Below the pieces are notes generated by a model. That model had not been told where the DNA came from and made no database searches. It was given only the letters and a program-made list of their open reading frames with translations. Positions 63,496-63,569 of a stretch of 63,569 bases of DNA are shown piece after piece. Numbering within the stretch: position 1 is the first letter of the stretch; each line of letters starts with the position of its first letter. The translations under genes were made by a program, and so were the position numbers. The stretch comes from Octopus bimaculoides (Eukaryota): contig NC_068987.1 in assembly GCF_001194135.2 (NCBI RefSeq), forward strand, positions 88,208,358-88,271,926, given 5' to 3'.

Positions 63496-63569
63496 CTTAC
63501 AATACTTACAATAAATACGCCTGAACTCCTTCAAACTATGCAGACCCCCAATTTACTATTTTGCTGGGG

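Overview
Eukaryotic, AT-rich, repeat-dense draft-assembly DNA with many N gaps. The SINE, LINE and microsatellite content points to a cephalopod, most likely Octopus (inference). No host protein-coding gene, rRNA, true tRNA or CRISPR array can be supported. The listed ORFs are microsatellite or gap artefacts, or decayed transposon frames. The window is a mosaic of tRNA-derived SINEs, RTE, CR1/L2-like and R4/Dong-like LINE fragments, Penelope-like (PLE) RT/GIY-YIG remnants, mariner elements, MITEs, a solo LTR and microsatellites. A largely repeat-free interval near 26-31 kb carries promoter-like motifs. Most notable is a ~310-bp element that joins a tRNA-like Pol III head to a tail containing a minimal type I hammerhead ribozyme. 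It occurs six times, always as inverted pairs, and one member of each pair lacks most or all of a ~35-nt 3' tail, which resembles Penelope-type insertion. A separate 273-bp highly self-complementary TG...CA element has a degenerate hammerhead-like core. All calls were made by eye, without database searches.
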